Of a stretch of DNA of 64,000 nt, positions 46,459-56,597 are shown piece by piece (the first letter of the stretch is position 1; every line of letters begins with the position of its first letter). A program made the translations under genes and the position numbers. The notes below the pieces were generated by a model that was not told the origin of the DNA, ran no database searches, and saw only the letters and a program-made list of their open reading frames with translations. Origin of the DNA: Flavobacteriales bacterium (GTDB lineage: Bacteria; Bacteroidota; Bacteroidia; Flavobacteriales; Flavobacteriaceae); the NCBI GenBank assembly GCA_004214015.1, contig SGZE01000001.1, positions 13,787-77,786 on the forward strand, written 5' to 3'.

Positions 46459-48960
46459 ATGAACAAAATCTACTTATTTTTCTTATTAACTTTTACTACG
46501 TACACATTTTCACAAGAATATACTGCTGAGCAACGTGCGAATTTTGCTAAAATGACTTTCAATGTATCAGGAATTGTGACTGATTCTGAAACCTCAGAAC
46601 CACTTGAGTATGCTACTATATCATTAGAGCACAAAAGAATTCCAGACAAAATTTTTGGTGGAATAACTGATGAAAACGGAAAGTTCTCAGTGGATGTAAA
46701 TCCAGGAATGTACAATGTAAAAATTGACTACATATCGTTTGAATCATATTTAAATGAAAACTTAAGAGTTGTAGAAAATACTGATATTGGAAATATTGCT
46801 TTGAATATTGATGTTTCTATGCTTGATGAAGTTGAAGTAAGAGCAGAAAGAACTCAAGTTGAAATTAGATTAGACAAAAAAATATATAATGTAGGTCAAG
46901 ATATTACAGTAAGAGGTGGAAACGTCTCAGATGTTTTAGCTAATATCCCTTCTATTGATGTAGATTTTGATGGAAATATATCATTAAGAGGAAATAATAA
47001 CGTTAAGATATTAATTAATGGTAAACCCTCTGGACTAGTTGGCTTATCTGGCCCTCAAGGGTTGAGATCTATTCCTTCTGAATCAATTGAAAAAGTTGAA
47101 GTAGTTACCTCTCCATCTGCTAGATATTCAGCAGAAGGAACCGCAGGAATTCTTAATATTATACTTAAAAAACAGGACCTTTTAGGATTTAATGGTAATG
47201 TAAATTTGAATGTTGGTGAACCAAAAAACACTGGTGCTTCAGGAACATTCAACTTAAGGAATAATAAAATAAATATCTTTAGTACGACTTCAATTAAGGA
47301 TTCTGATAACAGTGGAAGCTTTATAGGAAATACTGAATACTTTAACAGTAATCTAAAAATTGATAATAACACAAACAGCGACAGAAATAGAAAAAATACA
47401 TTCCTCAATTTAGGAGTTGAATATTACTTTGATGACAATACATCCCTAGCTCTAAGCGGATTCTATAGAAAAGGTGATGAATTAAGTTACTCAAAAAATA
47501 TAGTTAACGATATAACTAATATCAATATTGTATCCTCAAATGAGAGAGTAGCAAACGATGAAGAATTAGAGGAATCCTTTGAATATTCATTGGACTTTTA
47601 TAAAGATTTTGATAAAGATGGTCACACATTAAGCGCCAAAGTATCATATGAAGAGAATGATGAGAACTCAATTGATAAAATTGAAGATTACTCTACAATT
47701 CCATTTGTTTCGGAATCTTCTTTTGAAAGAACTACTAATATTGATTTTCAAAACAGGCTATTAGCTCAAGTAGACTACGTTTATCCTATAGACGAAAATA
47801 CTGAATTTGAATTTGGATATAGAGGTAGGTTCCTAGACAGAGAAACTGATTTTGATGTTTCATTCTTAAATGGTGGAACTTATCAATCAGATCGTGGATT
47901 ATCTAATATTTTTAAGTATAACGAAAGCATTAATTCATTATACACTCAGTTTGGTAAGAAAATTAATTCTGTATCAATTCTATTAGGACTGAGGTATGAA
48001 GCTTCTAAACAAGAAATTGATCAAAGAACGACAAATCAGTTTGAGGTAAAGAAATACTCAGACTTATTTCCAACTGTTAATCTTGCGTATGAAATTTCAG
48101 ATGTAGAATCTCTAACTTTAGGATACAGTAAAAGGGTAAGAAGACCTAGAGGATGGGATATAAACCCATTTCCAAGAAGAAACTCAATTACATCATACAG
48201 AAGAGGTAATCCATTTTTAGATCCAACATTTACATCTGCATACGAAGTTGATTACTTGAAAAGATTTAAAAAAATTACAATTAATACTGCTTTGTTTTAC
48301 AGACAATCTGACGGAAATGTTGAAAGAATTCAACAAGAAACAGGAGATTTAGTTGACTTAATAGTAGATAGAGGAACTAACAATCCTGTGCTTCAGGTTC
48401 CTGTTCTTGAATATTATCCAATAAATTTATCTACAAATAAAAGATTTGGATCTGAATTAAGTATAACATATACACCTTCTAGGTCTGTAAGAATTAATGG
48501 GAGTTTTACTTTAAATTCTACAAAAATAAGAGGTAATTATCTAGAACAAAGTTTTGATTCTGACGATACTAATTGGAGTGCAAGATTTAACGGATTTATT
48601 AGACTTCCTAAAGATTATAGTCTACAGTTTTTTGGATTCTTAAGAGGTCCTAGTGAAAATGCATTCTCCAAAAGTAAAGCATTTGGATTCACAACAGCAG
48701 CAATTCAGAAAAGCATACTTGATAAAAAAGGAAATATCTCTCTTAGATACTCTGATTTATTTAATACAGGTAGGTGGAGATCAATTACTACAAGAGAAAC
48801 ATTTAGATCTGAATCTGAAGGTCAATGGAGAGAGCCTTCTTTAATATTGACTTTTTCATATAGAATAAGTGAGAATAAATCTAAAAGAAAGCAAAGGGTT
48901 AGAAATCAACAACAAGAATTTGATGGTGGTGGTGATGGTGAAGGACCTATCTTCAACTAA
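46459..48960 (+). CDS. Outer-membrane beta-barrel protein of TonB-dependent-receptor-like architecture (carboxypeptidase-regulatory-like domain + plug + barrel)
   Basis: 833 aa. Signal peptide; CarboxypepD_reg-like N-domain (SGIVTDSETSEPLEYATISL...GKFSVDVNPGMYNVKI); plug-like segment (VEVRAER...ISLRGNNNVKILINGKPSG); long region of alternating beta-strand pattern. Confidence 0.8.
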   Translation: MNKIYLFFLLTFTTYTFSQEYTAEQRANFAKMTFNVSGIVTDSETSEPLEYATISLEHKRIPDKIFGGITDENGKFSVDVNPGMYNVKIDYISFESYLNENLRVVENTDIGNIALNIDVSMLDEVEVRAERTQVEIRLDKKIYNVGQDITVRGGNVSDVLANIPSIDVDFDGNISLRGNNNVKILINGKPSGLVGLSGPQGLRSIPSESIEKVEVVTSPSARYSAEGTAGILNIILKKQDLLGFNGNVNLNVGEPKNTGASGTFNLRNNKINIFSTTSIKDSDNSGSFIGNTEYFNSNLKIDNNTNSDRNRKNTFLNLGVEYYFDDNTSLALSGFYRKGDELSYSKNIVNDITNINIVSSNERVANDEELEESFEYSLDFYKDFDKDGHTLSAKVSYEENDENSIDKIEDYSTIPFVSESSFERTTNIDFQNRLLAQVDYVYPIDENTEFEFGYRGRFLDRETDFDVSFLNGGTYQSDRGLSNIFKYNESINSLYTQFGKKINSVSILLGLRYEASKQEIDQRTTNQFEVKKYSDLFPTVNLAYEISDVESLTLGYSKRVRRPRGWDINPFPRRNSITSYRRGNPFLDPTFTSAYEVDYLKRFKKITINTALFYRQSDGNVERIQQETGDLVDLIVDRGTNNPVLQVPVLEYYPINLSTNKRFGSELSITYTPSRSVRINGSFTLNSTKIRGNYLEQSFDSDDTNWSARFNGFIRLPKDYSLQFFGFLRGPSENAFSKSKAFGFTTAAIQKSILDKKGNISLRYSDLFNTGRWRSITTRETFRSESEGQWREPSLILTFSYRISENKSKRKQRVRNQQQEFDGGGDGEGPIFN

Positions 48961-49115
48961 GATTTTAATTTATTAGTTATAAATTTTTTAACTTTTTGAA
49001 AGATATAAGATGAAGCCCAATATGGCGCAACTAGTGCTAAGAAAATCATAAGCCAAAAGCCCATAGTGAAAATTGCTAAAAAAGCTAAAAAACCGAGGTA
49101 TTGTTGAAACTCCAT
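48957..49115 (-). CDS. Possible 52-aa two-TM membrane peptide (below the track size cut-off)
   Basis: My own translation of the minus strand gives MEFQQYLGFLAFLAIFTMGFWLMIFLALVAPYWASSYIFQKVKKFITNKLKS followed by TAG. It has a hydrophobic core and a basic tail. No homology evidence. Confidence 0.3.
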   Translation of the reverse strand: MEFQQYLGFLAFLAIFTMGFWLMIFLALVAPYWASSYIFQKVKKFITNKLKS

Positions 49116-49122
49116 ATATTTG
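49115..49122 (+). promoter_or_regulatory. Candidate -7 promoter box (TATATTTG) for fumC
   Basis: Exact TAnnTTTG, 46 nt upstream of the fumC ATG. Confidence 0.35.
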
Positions 49123-49168
49123 TAATTGCTTAACAAAAGTAATTTTTTTTAAGTAAATTACAAAGGCC

Positions 49169-50566
49169 ATGAAGTATAGAATTGAAAAAGATACATTAGG
49201 AGAAGTTAAAGTCCCTAAAGACTCATTATGGGGAGCTCAAACAGAAAGATCAAGAAAGAATTTTAAAATAGGTAATGCATCTTCAATGCCTATTGAAATT
49301 ATTCATGCATATGCAATACTCAAAAAATCTGCTGCACAAACAAATGAAAATCTTGGAGTATTACCCAAAGAGAAATCTCTTCTTATTCAAAAAGTTTGTG
49401 ATGAAATCCTTGAAAATAAACATAATGATCAGTTCCCATTAGTTATATGGCAAACTGGATCAGGCACACAAACAAATATGAATATAAATGAGGTTATTTC
49501 TAATAGAGCTCATTTATTAGAAGGAAAGAAGCTGGGTGAATCTGAAAAAATATTATCACCTAACGATGATGTTAATCTATCTCAGTCCTCAAATGATACA
49601 TTCCCAACAGCGATAAATATTGCTGCAATGAAAATAATTACAAAGAATACTCTTGTAAATCTTAGAAAATTAAAAGATAGCTTAAGCAAAAAATCTAAAG
49701 AATTTAATGACATTGTTAAAATTGGAAGGACTCATTTAATGGATGCTACTCCAATTACTCTTGGTCAAGAGTTCTCTGGTTATGTTTCACAAATTAATCA
49801 TGGAATAAATACAATAGAGAATGCAATAGGCCATTTAAGCGAACTTCCCATAGGAGGAACTGCAGTTGGAACAGGGTTAAACACTCCTAAAGGGTACTCG
49901 TCAAAAATTGTTGAATATATCTCAAAAAACTCAGAAATGTCTTTTAAAGAGTCTTCAAACAAATTTGAAGGTATCGCATCTCATGATTGTATAGTCGAAA
50001 TGCATGGAGCCCTAAAGACTGTTGCAGCTTCAGTTTATAAAATATCGAATGATATAAGACTAATGGGATCTGGTCCTAGATCAGGATTAGGTGAGTTAAT
50101 ACTTCCAGCGAATGAACCTGGAAGTTCTATTATGCCAGGAAAGGTAAATCCAACACAATGTGAAGCAATTTCAATGGTTTGTGCTCAAATTATTGGAAAT
50201 GATGTTGCAGTTAGTTTTGCAGGAGCAAATGGACATTTTGAGTTAAATGTTTTTAAACCTCTTTTTGCTTTTAACATCATTGAATCATCAAAAATATTAG
50301 GTGATGCCTCAATTAGTTTTACTGAAAACTGTATCGACGGTCTAAAACCAAATAATAAGAAAATTCAAAAATTCTTAAATGATTCATTAATGCTAGTAAC
50401 TGCATTAAATTCAAAAATAGGATACTACAAAGCTGCTGAAATAGCCAATAAAGCACATAAAGAAGGAAGCACTCTTAAAGAAGCGACTATTAAGCTTGGT
50501 TATTTAACTGAAGATGAATTTGATCAATATGTCAATCCAGAAAGAATGACAAATAATGAAGGTTGA
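49169..50566 (+). CDS. fumC: Class II fumarate hydratase
   Basis: 465 aa. [11 protein letters not shown] signature loop. Confidence 0.95.
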   Translation: MKYRIEKDTLGEVKVPKDSLWGAQTERSRKNFKIGNASSMPIEIIHAYAILKKSAAQTNENLGVLPKEKSLLIQKVCDEILENKHNDQFPLVIWQTGSGTQTNMNINEVISNRAHLLEGKKLGESEKILSPNDDVNLSQSSNDTFPTAINIAAMKIITKNTLVNLRKLKDSLSKKSKEFNDIVKIGRTHLMDATPITLGQEFSGYVSQINHGINTIENAIGHLSELPIGGTAVGTGLNTPKGYSSKIVEYISKNSEMSFKESSNKFEGIASHDCIVEMHGALKTVAASVYKISNDIRLMGSGPRSGLGELILPANEPGSSIMPGKVNPTQCEAISMVCAQIIGNDVAVSFAGANGHFELNVFKPLFAFNIIESSKILGDASISFTENCIDGLKPNNKKIQKFLNDSLMLVTALNSKIGYYKAAEIANKAHKEGSTLKEATIKLGYLTEDEFDQYVNPERMTNNEG

Positions 50567-51026
50567 AATAGTTTCATTCCAAGATAAATATTCAAATTAC
50601 TTCTATGAACTCAATTATGATTGGTTAAACGAATATTTTTACGTTGAAGAGTATGATGAAATAGTACTCAAAAATTGTAAACAAGAGATAATCAATAAAG
50701 GTGGCAATATATTTTTTGCAATTTACAACTCAGATGTAGTAGCTACAATGGCTTTAATTCCTAGGGAGAAGGGTGTTTATGAATTAAACAAAATGGCTGT
50801 CAAAAAAGAATTAAGAGGTAATGGTATTGGCCATCAACTAATCAATTTTACCATAGACTTTGCAAAAAGCAAAAATTATAATTCGATAATATTATACTCT
50901 AATAAGGTTCTTAAAAATTCTATCCATTTATATAATAAATTTGGATTTAAAGAAATTAAATCAGAAGGAAACACTCCTTACAAGAGAAGTGACATAAAGA
51001 TGGAGTTAATTTTATCTGACTTTTGA
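50556..51026 (+). CDS. GNAT family N-acetyltransferase
   Basis: 156 aa. Motif [11 protein letters not shown]. Overlaps fumC by 11 nt. Confidence 0.8.
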   Translation: MKVEIVSFQDKYSNYFYELNYDWLNEYFYVEEYDEIVLKNCKQEIINKGGNIFFAIYNSDVVATMALIPREKGVYELNKMAVKKELRGNGIGHQLINFTIDFAKSKNYNSIILYSNKVLKNSIHLYNKFGFKEIKSEGNTPYKRSDIKMELILSDF

Positions 51027-51914
51027 AAATAGTTTCTCTTTCCAATTACTCCATGAATATTTTCTAGCAAAAACTGCAAGAATAATAGGGTATATTATAA
51101 GAGGGGCTATCCAATCTGTTATCCCAAGACTAGGCTCAGCAATGTTAATCAAAATAGATTCAGTTTGAAAAACTGTCCAATCTGCTGTTACGAGTAGAGC
51201 AGCGATTAAATTATTTGCAGCATGGAATCCTATAGCAAGTTCAAGACCATCATCCATTAAAGTCATTATTCCCAATAAGAATCCAACCGAGATATAAAGA
51301 AATATAAATTCATAACCAAGTGCTGTTATTTCAGGATTGGCTAGATGAAGTGAACCAAAAACAATTGATGTGAGAAATAAAGCCATAAACCTACTATTTA
51401 ACCAATGTCCAAAACCTTGCATTAGGTAACCCCTAAATACGACTTCTTCTACACTAGTTTGAATTGGTATAAATAATATTGCTATTACTGCAAGAATTAA
51501 AAATTCCTTAAGCTTAAAGTTTATTTCATAATCTTCAGGACTTAGAGAATACTCTAAGAAAACAAAAGCAGAAACAATAGATCCCCATAACATAAATGAA
51601 TACATAATTCTTTCAAGATCAACTTTTTTTCTACTTGATAAAATAGACATTAAAGGAAGATCATGGAGTTTTTTTACAACTAACCAAATGCCAGGGACTA
51701 CAGCTACAAAGCTAAGTAGTAAAAGAAAAAGTCTAAGATTTGAAGGAATAGACTTAAAAAGATCCATTGGATTAGCATCAGGGCTAGGCAATTCTGTTGG
51801 CAAGAATGGTATCATTGGAAGTTGTCCAATAAAACTGAAAAAAATCAGAATAAATGAACCTAGTATATAGTATCCAAAATTCTTTAATCTGTATGATTTA
51901 TCAAATAAAAACAT
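51012..51914 (-). CDS. CPBP family (CAAX protease / Abi-like) intramembrane glutamic endopeptidase
   Basis: 300 aa, polytopic. Motif 1 EEVVFRGYL, motif 2 FGSLH, motif 3 HAANN. Confidence 0.85.
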   Translation of the reverse strand: MFLFDKSYRLKNFGYYILGSFILIFFSFIGQLPMIPFLPTELPSPDANPMDLFKSIPSNLRLFLLLLSFVAVVPGIWLVVKKLHDLPLMSILSSRKKVDLERIMYSFMLWGSIVSAFVFLEYSLSPEDYEINFKLKEFLILAVIAILFIPIQTSVEEVVFRGYLMQGFGHWLNSRFMALFLTSIVFGSLHLANPEITALGYEFIFLYISVGFLLGIMTLMDDGLELAIGFHAANNLIAALLVTADWTVFQTESILINIAEPSLGITDWIAPLIIYPIILAVFARKYSWSNWKEKLFSKVR

Positions 51915-51922
51915 TTTTGTTT

Positions 51923-53275
51923 TTATTGAAAGTTAGCTAAAATTATCATATAAATAAATGAAAAGATCATATGAAAATATATTGTATGAATATTATATTT
52001 TATAAGATCTCTACTTTTATAATATTTAAATAATCCTGAAATCAAATAGTAAGAATAGAACATTGTTACAGGAATAAGTAAGTACATAAATAACATAGCT
52101 TGTGTGTTATTTGTTATATTTTCAGAAATATAATATAATGAACCTACTGCTAAAGCTAAATTTAATGCATATACCCATCTTGAAGCTTTTTTTCCAAGTA
52201 AAACTACTAAATGATTTTTACCCACTTTCTTATCAGAAGTATAATCTGGGAATTGATTGATAAATAATATGTTGGTGGTTAAAATACCTATTGGAACTCC
52301 TAAAAGTAATAGATTGTAAAATTCATCTGAATAAGAGATGATAGTCTCCATTGAAATTGCATAGCCTGTACCAAGTGTTAGTAAAGGTCCAAAAGCTAAA
52401 AAAATTGAAATTTCACCAAGACCATACCTTGAAGAAAGTCTAATTGGTTTAGCAGTATAAAAATATCCTACTAAAACACCTATTAATGCAATTATGGATG
52501 AATAATAAGCGTTACTTGTAGATCCAGTATTTATATAACTAGTAAATAAAATTCCTGCAGCTGTAAGAAGACCAAGAATAAACATAATATTAGCTAGACT
52601 CTTAGTTCCTTTAAGTGTTATTAATCCTAATTCAACTGCCCTACTTCCACCTGATAGTTGAGCTCCTTTAAGCATAGAAGAATTCATGCCAGCATTAAAA
52701 TACTCAGTATTTGCTTCGTCGGTTCCATGAGACACATCAAAGTAATCGTTATATAAGTTAGAAAATAAATGAAAAAAAAGTATTCCAAAAGTAGTTAATG
52801 TTAAAGATATAGGACTAAATAGACTATCTCCGATTCCTGCATAATAACATCCAATAGCAAAAACAGGAAATAATGATGCAGATGCAAAACCAACTCTAGT
52901 TATTGCAACTCCTTTTATAATTTTTGTAACCCAGTTAATTTTAATATTTACATCCTCTTTTATTTCCTCGGTTATACCGCAATAACCAGTCTGAGGATTA
53001 TCTTTTCCATCAGCAAAATTTGGTGTAATCTTAATTTTTGCATTGAAGGTTGACCCATCCTTTCTTACAAAATTTGTTTTGGTTACATGTTCACCAGTAT
53101 CATTAGCATCTTTTAACCAACCTAATACATTTTGTAAAACAATTTCACCTGGAGAAAAGATTGAAACTCTTTTAATACCAACAAGATCTTTAGCCTCATG
53201 ACCAAACATATTAACAGCTCCGTCGTTTAGGTTTGTGATTAAACCTTCCATATCGCAAATAATAACACTTTTCAT
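51923..53275 (-). CDS. PAS domain fused to a UbiA-superfamily (MenA-like 1,4-dihydroxy-2-naphthoate) prenyltransferase
   Basis: 450 aa. Residues 1 to about 115 look like a PAS fold (DMEGLITNLNDGAVNMFGHEAKDLVG...FVRKDGSTFNAKIKI...GYCGITEEI). The rest is polytopic, with Asp-rich motif 1 NDYFDVSHGTD and motif 2 NQFPDYTSDKKVGKNHLVVLLG, as in MenA. Confidence 0.8.
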   Translation of the reverse strand: MKSVIICDMEGLITNLNDGAVNMFGHEAKDLVGIKRVSIFSPGEIVLQNVLGWLKDANDTGEHVTKTNFVRKDGSTFNAKIKITPNFADGKDNPQTGYCGITEEIKEDVNIKINWVTKIIKGVAITRVGFASASLFPVFAIGCYYAGIGDSLFSPISLTLTTFGILFFHLFSNLYNDYFDVSHGTDEANTEYFNAGMNSSMLKGAQLSGGSRAVELGLITLKGTKSLANIMFILGLLTAAGILFTSYINTGSTSNAYYSSIIALIGVLVGYFYTAKPIRLSSRYGLGEISIFLAFGPLLTLGTGYAISMETIISYSDEFYNLLLLGVPIGILTTNILFINQFPDYTSDKKVGKNHLVVLLGKKASRWVYALNLALAVGSLYYISENITNNTQAMLFMYLLIPVTMFYSYYLISGLFKYYKSRDLIKYNIHTIYFHMIFSFIYMIILANFQ

Positions 53276-53295
53276 ATATTTTTTTTTAGAATGTT

Positions 53296-53303
53296 CAAAT
53301 TTA
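53296..53303 (-). promoter_or_regulatory. Candidate -7 promoter box (TAAATTTG) for the PAS-prenyltransferase / CPBP gene pair
   Basis: Exact TAnnTTTG on the minus strand, 20 nt upstream of ATG 53275. Confidence 0.35.
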
Positions 53304-53339
53304 CATCCTGTGCATCTTAAATAAAAATTTTTTTATGAA

Positions 53340-53765
53340 TTATTTATCAATGGTAAGTGTAGTCAGTTTTGCAAAAGAAATATCTCTATTATCTTCATCA
53401 ATAATAGTTATTTTCCATAACTGCATCGTCCTTCCCATATGAACAGGGGAAGCATTTGCATAAACATAGCCTTCACTTATTCCTCTGACATGATTAATAG
53501 ACAGTTCAACTCCCCTAAGCATTTGATTTTTTTTCATTGAAAAAATTGCGGCAGCTGAACTCCCTACAGTTTCAGCAAGAGCAGCTGTAGCTCCTCCATG
53601 AAGAACACCAGCTGGCTGATGAAGATTTGGAGTTACTTTCATTTTTGCCTCTAAAAAGTGTTCACCAACATCGGTAAAGACAATACCAAGAGTGGAAACT
53701 AAAGTTCCTTTACAACGATCATTAGCTTCTTTAAGGATAGATTCCTTGAGGTTTTTATTAAACAT
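53340..53765 (-). CDS. PaaI/YdiI(MenI)-type hotdog thioesterase (possible 1,4-dihydroxy-2-naphthoyl-CoA hydrolase)
   Basis: 141 aa. HQPAGVLHGGATAALAETVGS closely parallels the YdiI/YbdB motif [21 protein letters not shown] as I recall it. Starts immediately after the dnaK stop. Confidence 0.8.
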   Translation of the reverse strand: MFNKNLKESILKEANDRCKGTLVSTLGIVFTDVGEHFLEAKMKVTPNLHQPAGVLHGGATAALAETVGSSAAAIFSMKKNQMLRGVELSINHVRGISEGYVYANASPVHMGRTMQLWKITIIDEDNRDISFAKLTTLTIDK

Positions 53766-55673
53766 TTACTCTTCTTTTACCTCTTCAAAATCAACATCCT
53801 GAACATCGTCACCTTTAGAATCATTATCAGAAGTAGTTTCGTTAGCACCTTCTGGTTTAGCTTCGCCTTCAGCTTGGGCTTTATACATTTCTTCTGAAGC
53901 ATTTTTCCATGCTTCATTAATTGTATTTAAAGTCTCATCAATCTTCTCAAGATCTTTAGATTCATGAGCTTTTTTCAAGTCTTCTAATGCTGATTCAATT
54001 GGTTTCTTTTTATCATCAGATAATTTATCTCCAAAATCTTTAAGTTGTTTTTCAGTTTGGAATATCATCTGATCAGCACTATTTAATTTATCAACTTCTT
54101 CTTTCGCTTTTTGATCAGCATCAGCATTAGCTTCTGCTTCTTTTTTCATTTTCTCAATTTCTTCCTCAGTTAACCCAGAAGAAGCTTCGATTCTTATATC
54201 TTGGGATTTATTAGTTGCTTTATCTAATGCACTTACATTAATAATTCCATTAGCATCAATATCAAATGTAACCTCAATTTGAGGTGTTCCTCTTTGAGCT
54301 GGAGGAATTCCATCTAAATGGAACCTTCCAATTGTTTTATTATCTTTTGCCATTGGTCTCTCTCCCTGTAAAACATGAATTTCTACAGAAGGCTGATTAT
54401 CTGCAGCTGTAGAAAAAACTTGAGATTTTTTAGTTGGTATAGTTGTGTTTGACTCTATAAGTTTAGTCATAACATTACCCATTGTTTCAATACCTAGTGA
54501 TAAAGGCGTTACATCAAGAAGAAGAACATCTTCTACATCTCCAGAAAGAACACCTCCTTGAATAGCAGCTCCAACAGCAACAACTTCATCAGGATTTACT
54601 CCTTTAGATGGTTTTTTTCCAAATAAAGCTTCAACTTCGTTTTGTATAATAGGAATTCTAGTTGATCCTCCAACTAAAATTACCTCATCAATATCTTTTT
54701 TAGTAAGACTAGCGTCTTTTAATGCTTTTTTAACTGGCTCCATAGATCTTTTTACCAATGTATCAGATAATTGCTCAAACTTTGCTCTAGTTAGTGTAGT
54801 TACAAGGTGTTTTGGACCTGATGATGTAGCAGTTACATATGGTAAATTAATTTCAGTCTGAGCTGACGAAGAAAGTTCAATTTTAGCTTTTTCAGCTGCT
54901 TCTTTTAATCTTTGAAGAGCCATTGAATCTTCTCTTAGATCAATTTGCTCATTCTTTTTAAATTCTTCAGCTAAAAAGTCTATAATTACTTGATCAAAAT
55001 CATCACCACCTAAGTGAGTATCTCCATTGGTTGACAACACCTCAAAAACTCCATCGCCTAATTCTAAAATTGATATGTCAAATGTACCTCCTCCAAGATC
55101 ATAAACAGCTATTTTTTTATCTGTTCCACCTTTGTCCATTCCATATGCTAAAGCAGCAGCAGTAGGCTCATTTATTATCCTTTGAACTTTCAATCCTGAA
55201 ATTTCACATGCCTCCTTAGTAGCTTGTCTCTGAGAATCATTAAAATATGCAGGGACAGTAACTACAGCTTCTGTTACAGTTTGGCCAAGGTAGTCTTCTG
55301 CAGTTTTTTTCATTTTTTGAAGAACCATAGCAGATAATTCTTGAGGTGAATACAATCTTCCATCAATATCTACTCTAGGTGTATCATTATCACCTTTTAC
55401 AACTTTGTAAGCAACAGTTTTGACATCATTAGATGACTCTGAATACTTGTTACCCATAAATCTTTTTACAGATGCAATTGTTTTTTCAGGATTTGTAACA
55501 GCCTGTCTTTTCGCAGGGTCACCTACTTTAATCTCTCCATCCTCTACAAATGCAATTACAGATGGTGTAGTTCTTTTTCCTTCAGCGTTAGGAATAACAA
55601 CAGGTTCACTACCTTCCATAACAGATACACATGAATTCGTTGTTCCTAAATCAATTCCGATAATTTTACTCAT
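53766..55673 (-). CDS. dnaK: Molecular chaperone DnaK (Hsp70)
   Basis: 635 aa. [18 protein letters not shown] and [10 protein letters not shown] signatures. Confidence 0.97.
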   Translation of the reverse strand: MSKIIGIDLGTTNSCVSVMEGSEPVVIPNAEGKRTTPSVIAFVEDGEIKVGDPAKRQAVTNPEKTIASVKRFMGNKYSESSNDVKTVAYKVVKGDNDTPRVDIDGRLYSPQELSAMVLQKMKKTAEDYLGQTVTEAVVTVPAYFNDSQRQATKEACEISGLKVQRIINEPTAAALAYGMDKGGTDKKIAVYDLGGGTFDISILELGDGVFEVLSTNGDTHLGGDDFDQVIIDFLAEEFKKNEQIDLREDSMALQRLKEAAEKAKIELSSSAQTEINLPYVTATSSGPKHLVTTLTRAKFEQLSDTLVKRSMEPVKKALKDASLTKKDIDEVILVGGSTRIPIIQNEVEALFGKKPSKGVNPDEVVAVGAAIQGGVLSGDVEDVLLLDVTPLSLGIETMGNVMTKLIESNTTIPTKKSQVFSTAADNQPSVEIHVLQGERPMAKDNKTIGRFHLDGIPPAQRGTPQIEVTFDIDANGIINVSALDKATNKSQDIRIEASSGLTEEEIEKMKKEAEANADADQKAKEEVDKLNSADQMIFQTEKQLKDFGDKLSDDKKKPIESALEDLKKAHESKDLEKIDETLNTINEAWKNASEEMYKAQAEGEAKPEGANETTSDNDSKGDDVQDVDFEEVKEE

Positions 55674-55758
55674 AATATTTTTTTAAATAATAAAGACAAC
55701 CATTATGCCATTTTAATTTAAGTGACATTCTGTCATATTATTATAACTTTATTTACAC

Positions 55759-55766
55759 TATTTTTG
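55759..55766 (+). promoter_or_regulatory. Candidate -7 promoter box (TATTTTTG) for panB
   Basis: Exact TAnnTTTG, 14 nt upstream of the panB ATG. Confidence 0.4.
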
Positions 55767-55780
55767 TGTAAAAAGTAATA

Positions 55781-56596
55781 ATGACTAACAATTCTAATAC
55801 CAGCAGAGTTACCGTAAAGGTACTTGAACAAATGAAGAATGACGGCGAGAAAATCTCAATGCTTACCGCTTATGATTTTAGTTTTGCTAAAATTATAGAC
55901 GAAGCTGGTGTAGATGTAATTCTAGTTGGAGATTCTGCCTCTAATGTAATGGCAGGACACGAAACAACATTACCAATTACTTTAGATCAGATGATATACC
56001 ATGCTAGTGCTGTAGTAAGAGCTGTAAAAAGAGCTTTGGTAGTAGTCGATCTTCCATTTGGAACATATCAAGCAGACTCTAAAGAAGCATTGAAATCTGC
56101 TATTAGAATTATGAAAGAGTCTGGGGCTCATGCTGTAAAACTTGAAGGAGGACATTTAGCCAAAGAATCTATTGAAAGAATAATTCAGGCTGGAATACCA
56201 GTAATGGGTCATTTAGGATTAACCCCTCAATCTATATATAAGTTTGGAACATATACAGTAAGAGCTAAAGATGATGAAGAGGCTAATACACTAATAGATG
56301 ATTCTAAAATGTTAGAGAACATTGGTTGTTTCTCTATTGTTCTGGAAAAAATACCAAATATATTAGCAAAAAAAGTAGCTTCAAATCTAAAACTCCCTAT
56401 TATTGGTATTGGTGCAGGATCTGGTGTTGACGGGCAGGTACTTGTTTCTCATGACATGCTTGGTATGAACAAAGATTTTAGTCCTAGATTTTTAAGAAGA
56501 TATTTAGACCTAGACTCTCTAGTTAGTGAAGCTGTCAAAAAGTATTCGTCTGATATTAAAAGTGGTAGTTTCCCAAATAAAGAAGAGCAATACTAA
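55781..56596 (+). CDS. panB: 3-methyl-2-oxobutanoate hydroxymethyltransferase
   Basis: 271 aa. LTAYD...VGDS...KLEGG...GHLGLTPQS motifs. Confidence 0.95.
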   Translation: MTNNSNTSRVTVKVLEQMKNDGEKISMLTAYDFSFAKIIDEAGVDVILVGDSASNVMAGHETTLPITLDQMIYHASAVVRAVKRALVVVDLPFGTYQADSKEALKSAIRIMKESGAHAVKLEGGHLAKESIERIIQAGIPVMGHLGLTPQSIYKFGTYTVRAKDDEEANTLIDDSKMLENIGCFSIVLEKIPNILAKKVASNLKLPIIGIGAGSGVDGQVLVSHDMLGMNKDFSPRFLRRYLDLDSLVSEAVKKYSSDIKSGSFPNKEEQY

Positions 56597-56597
56597 T

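Noticed and set aside
48988-49170. 60-aa minus-strand track ORF upstream of fumC.
   Set aside because: It overlaps the fumC start and promoter region and has no membrane or soluble protein character. An alternative 52-aa ORF in another frame (48957..49115) explains the region better.
55723-55735. Palindrome TGACA-ttc-TGTCA in the divergent dnaK/panB promoter region; possible heat-shock operator.
   Set aside because: The arms are only 5 bp and the site bears no resemblance to CIRCE (TTAGCACTC-N9-GAGTGCTAA). A palindrome this short is easily expected by chance in a 107-nt AT-rich spacer.
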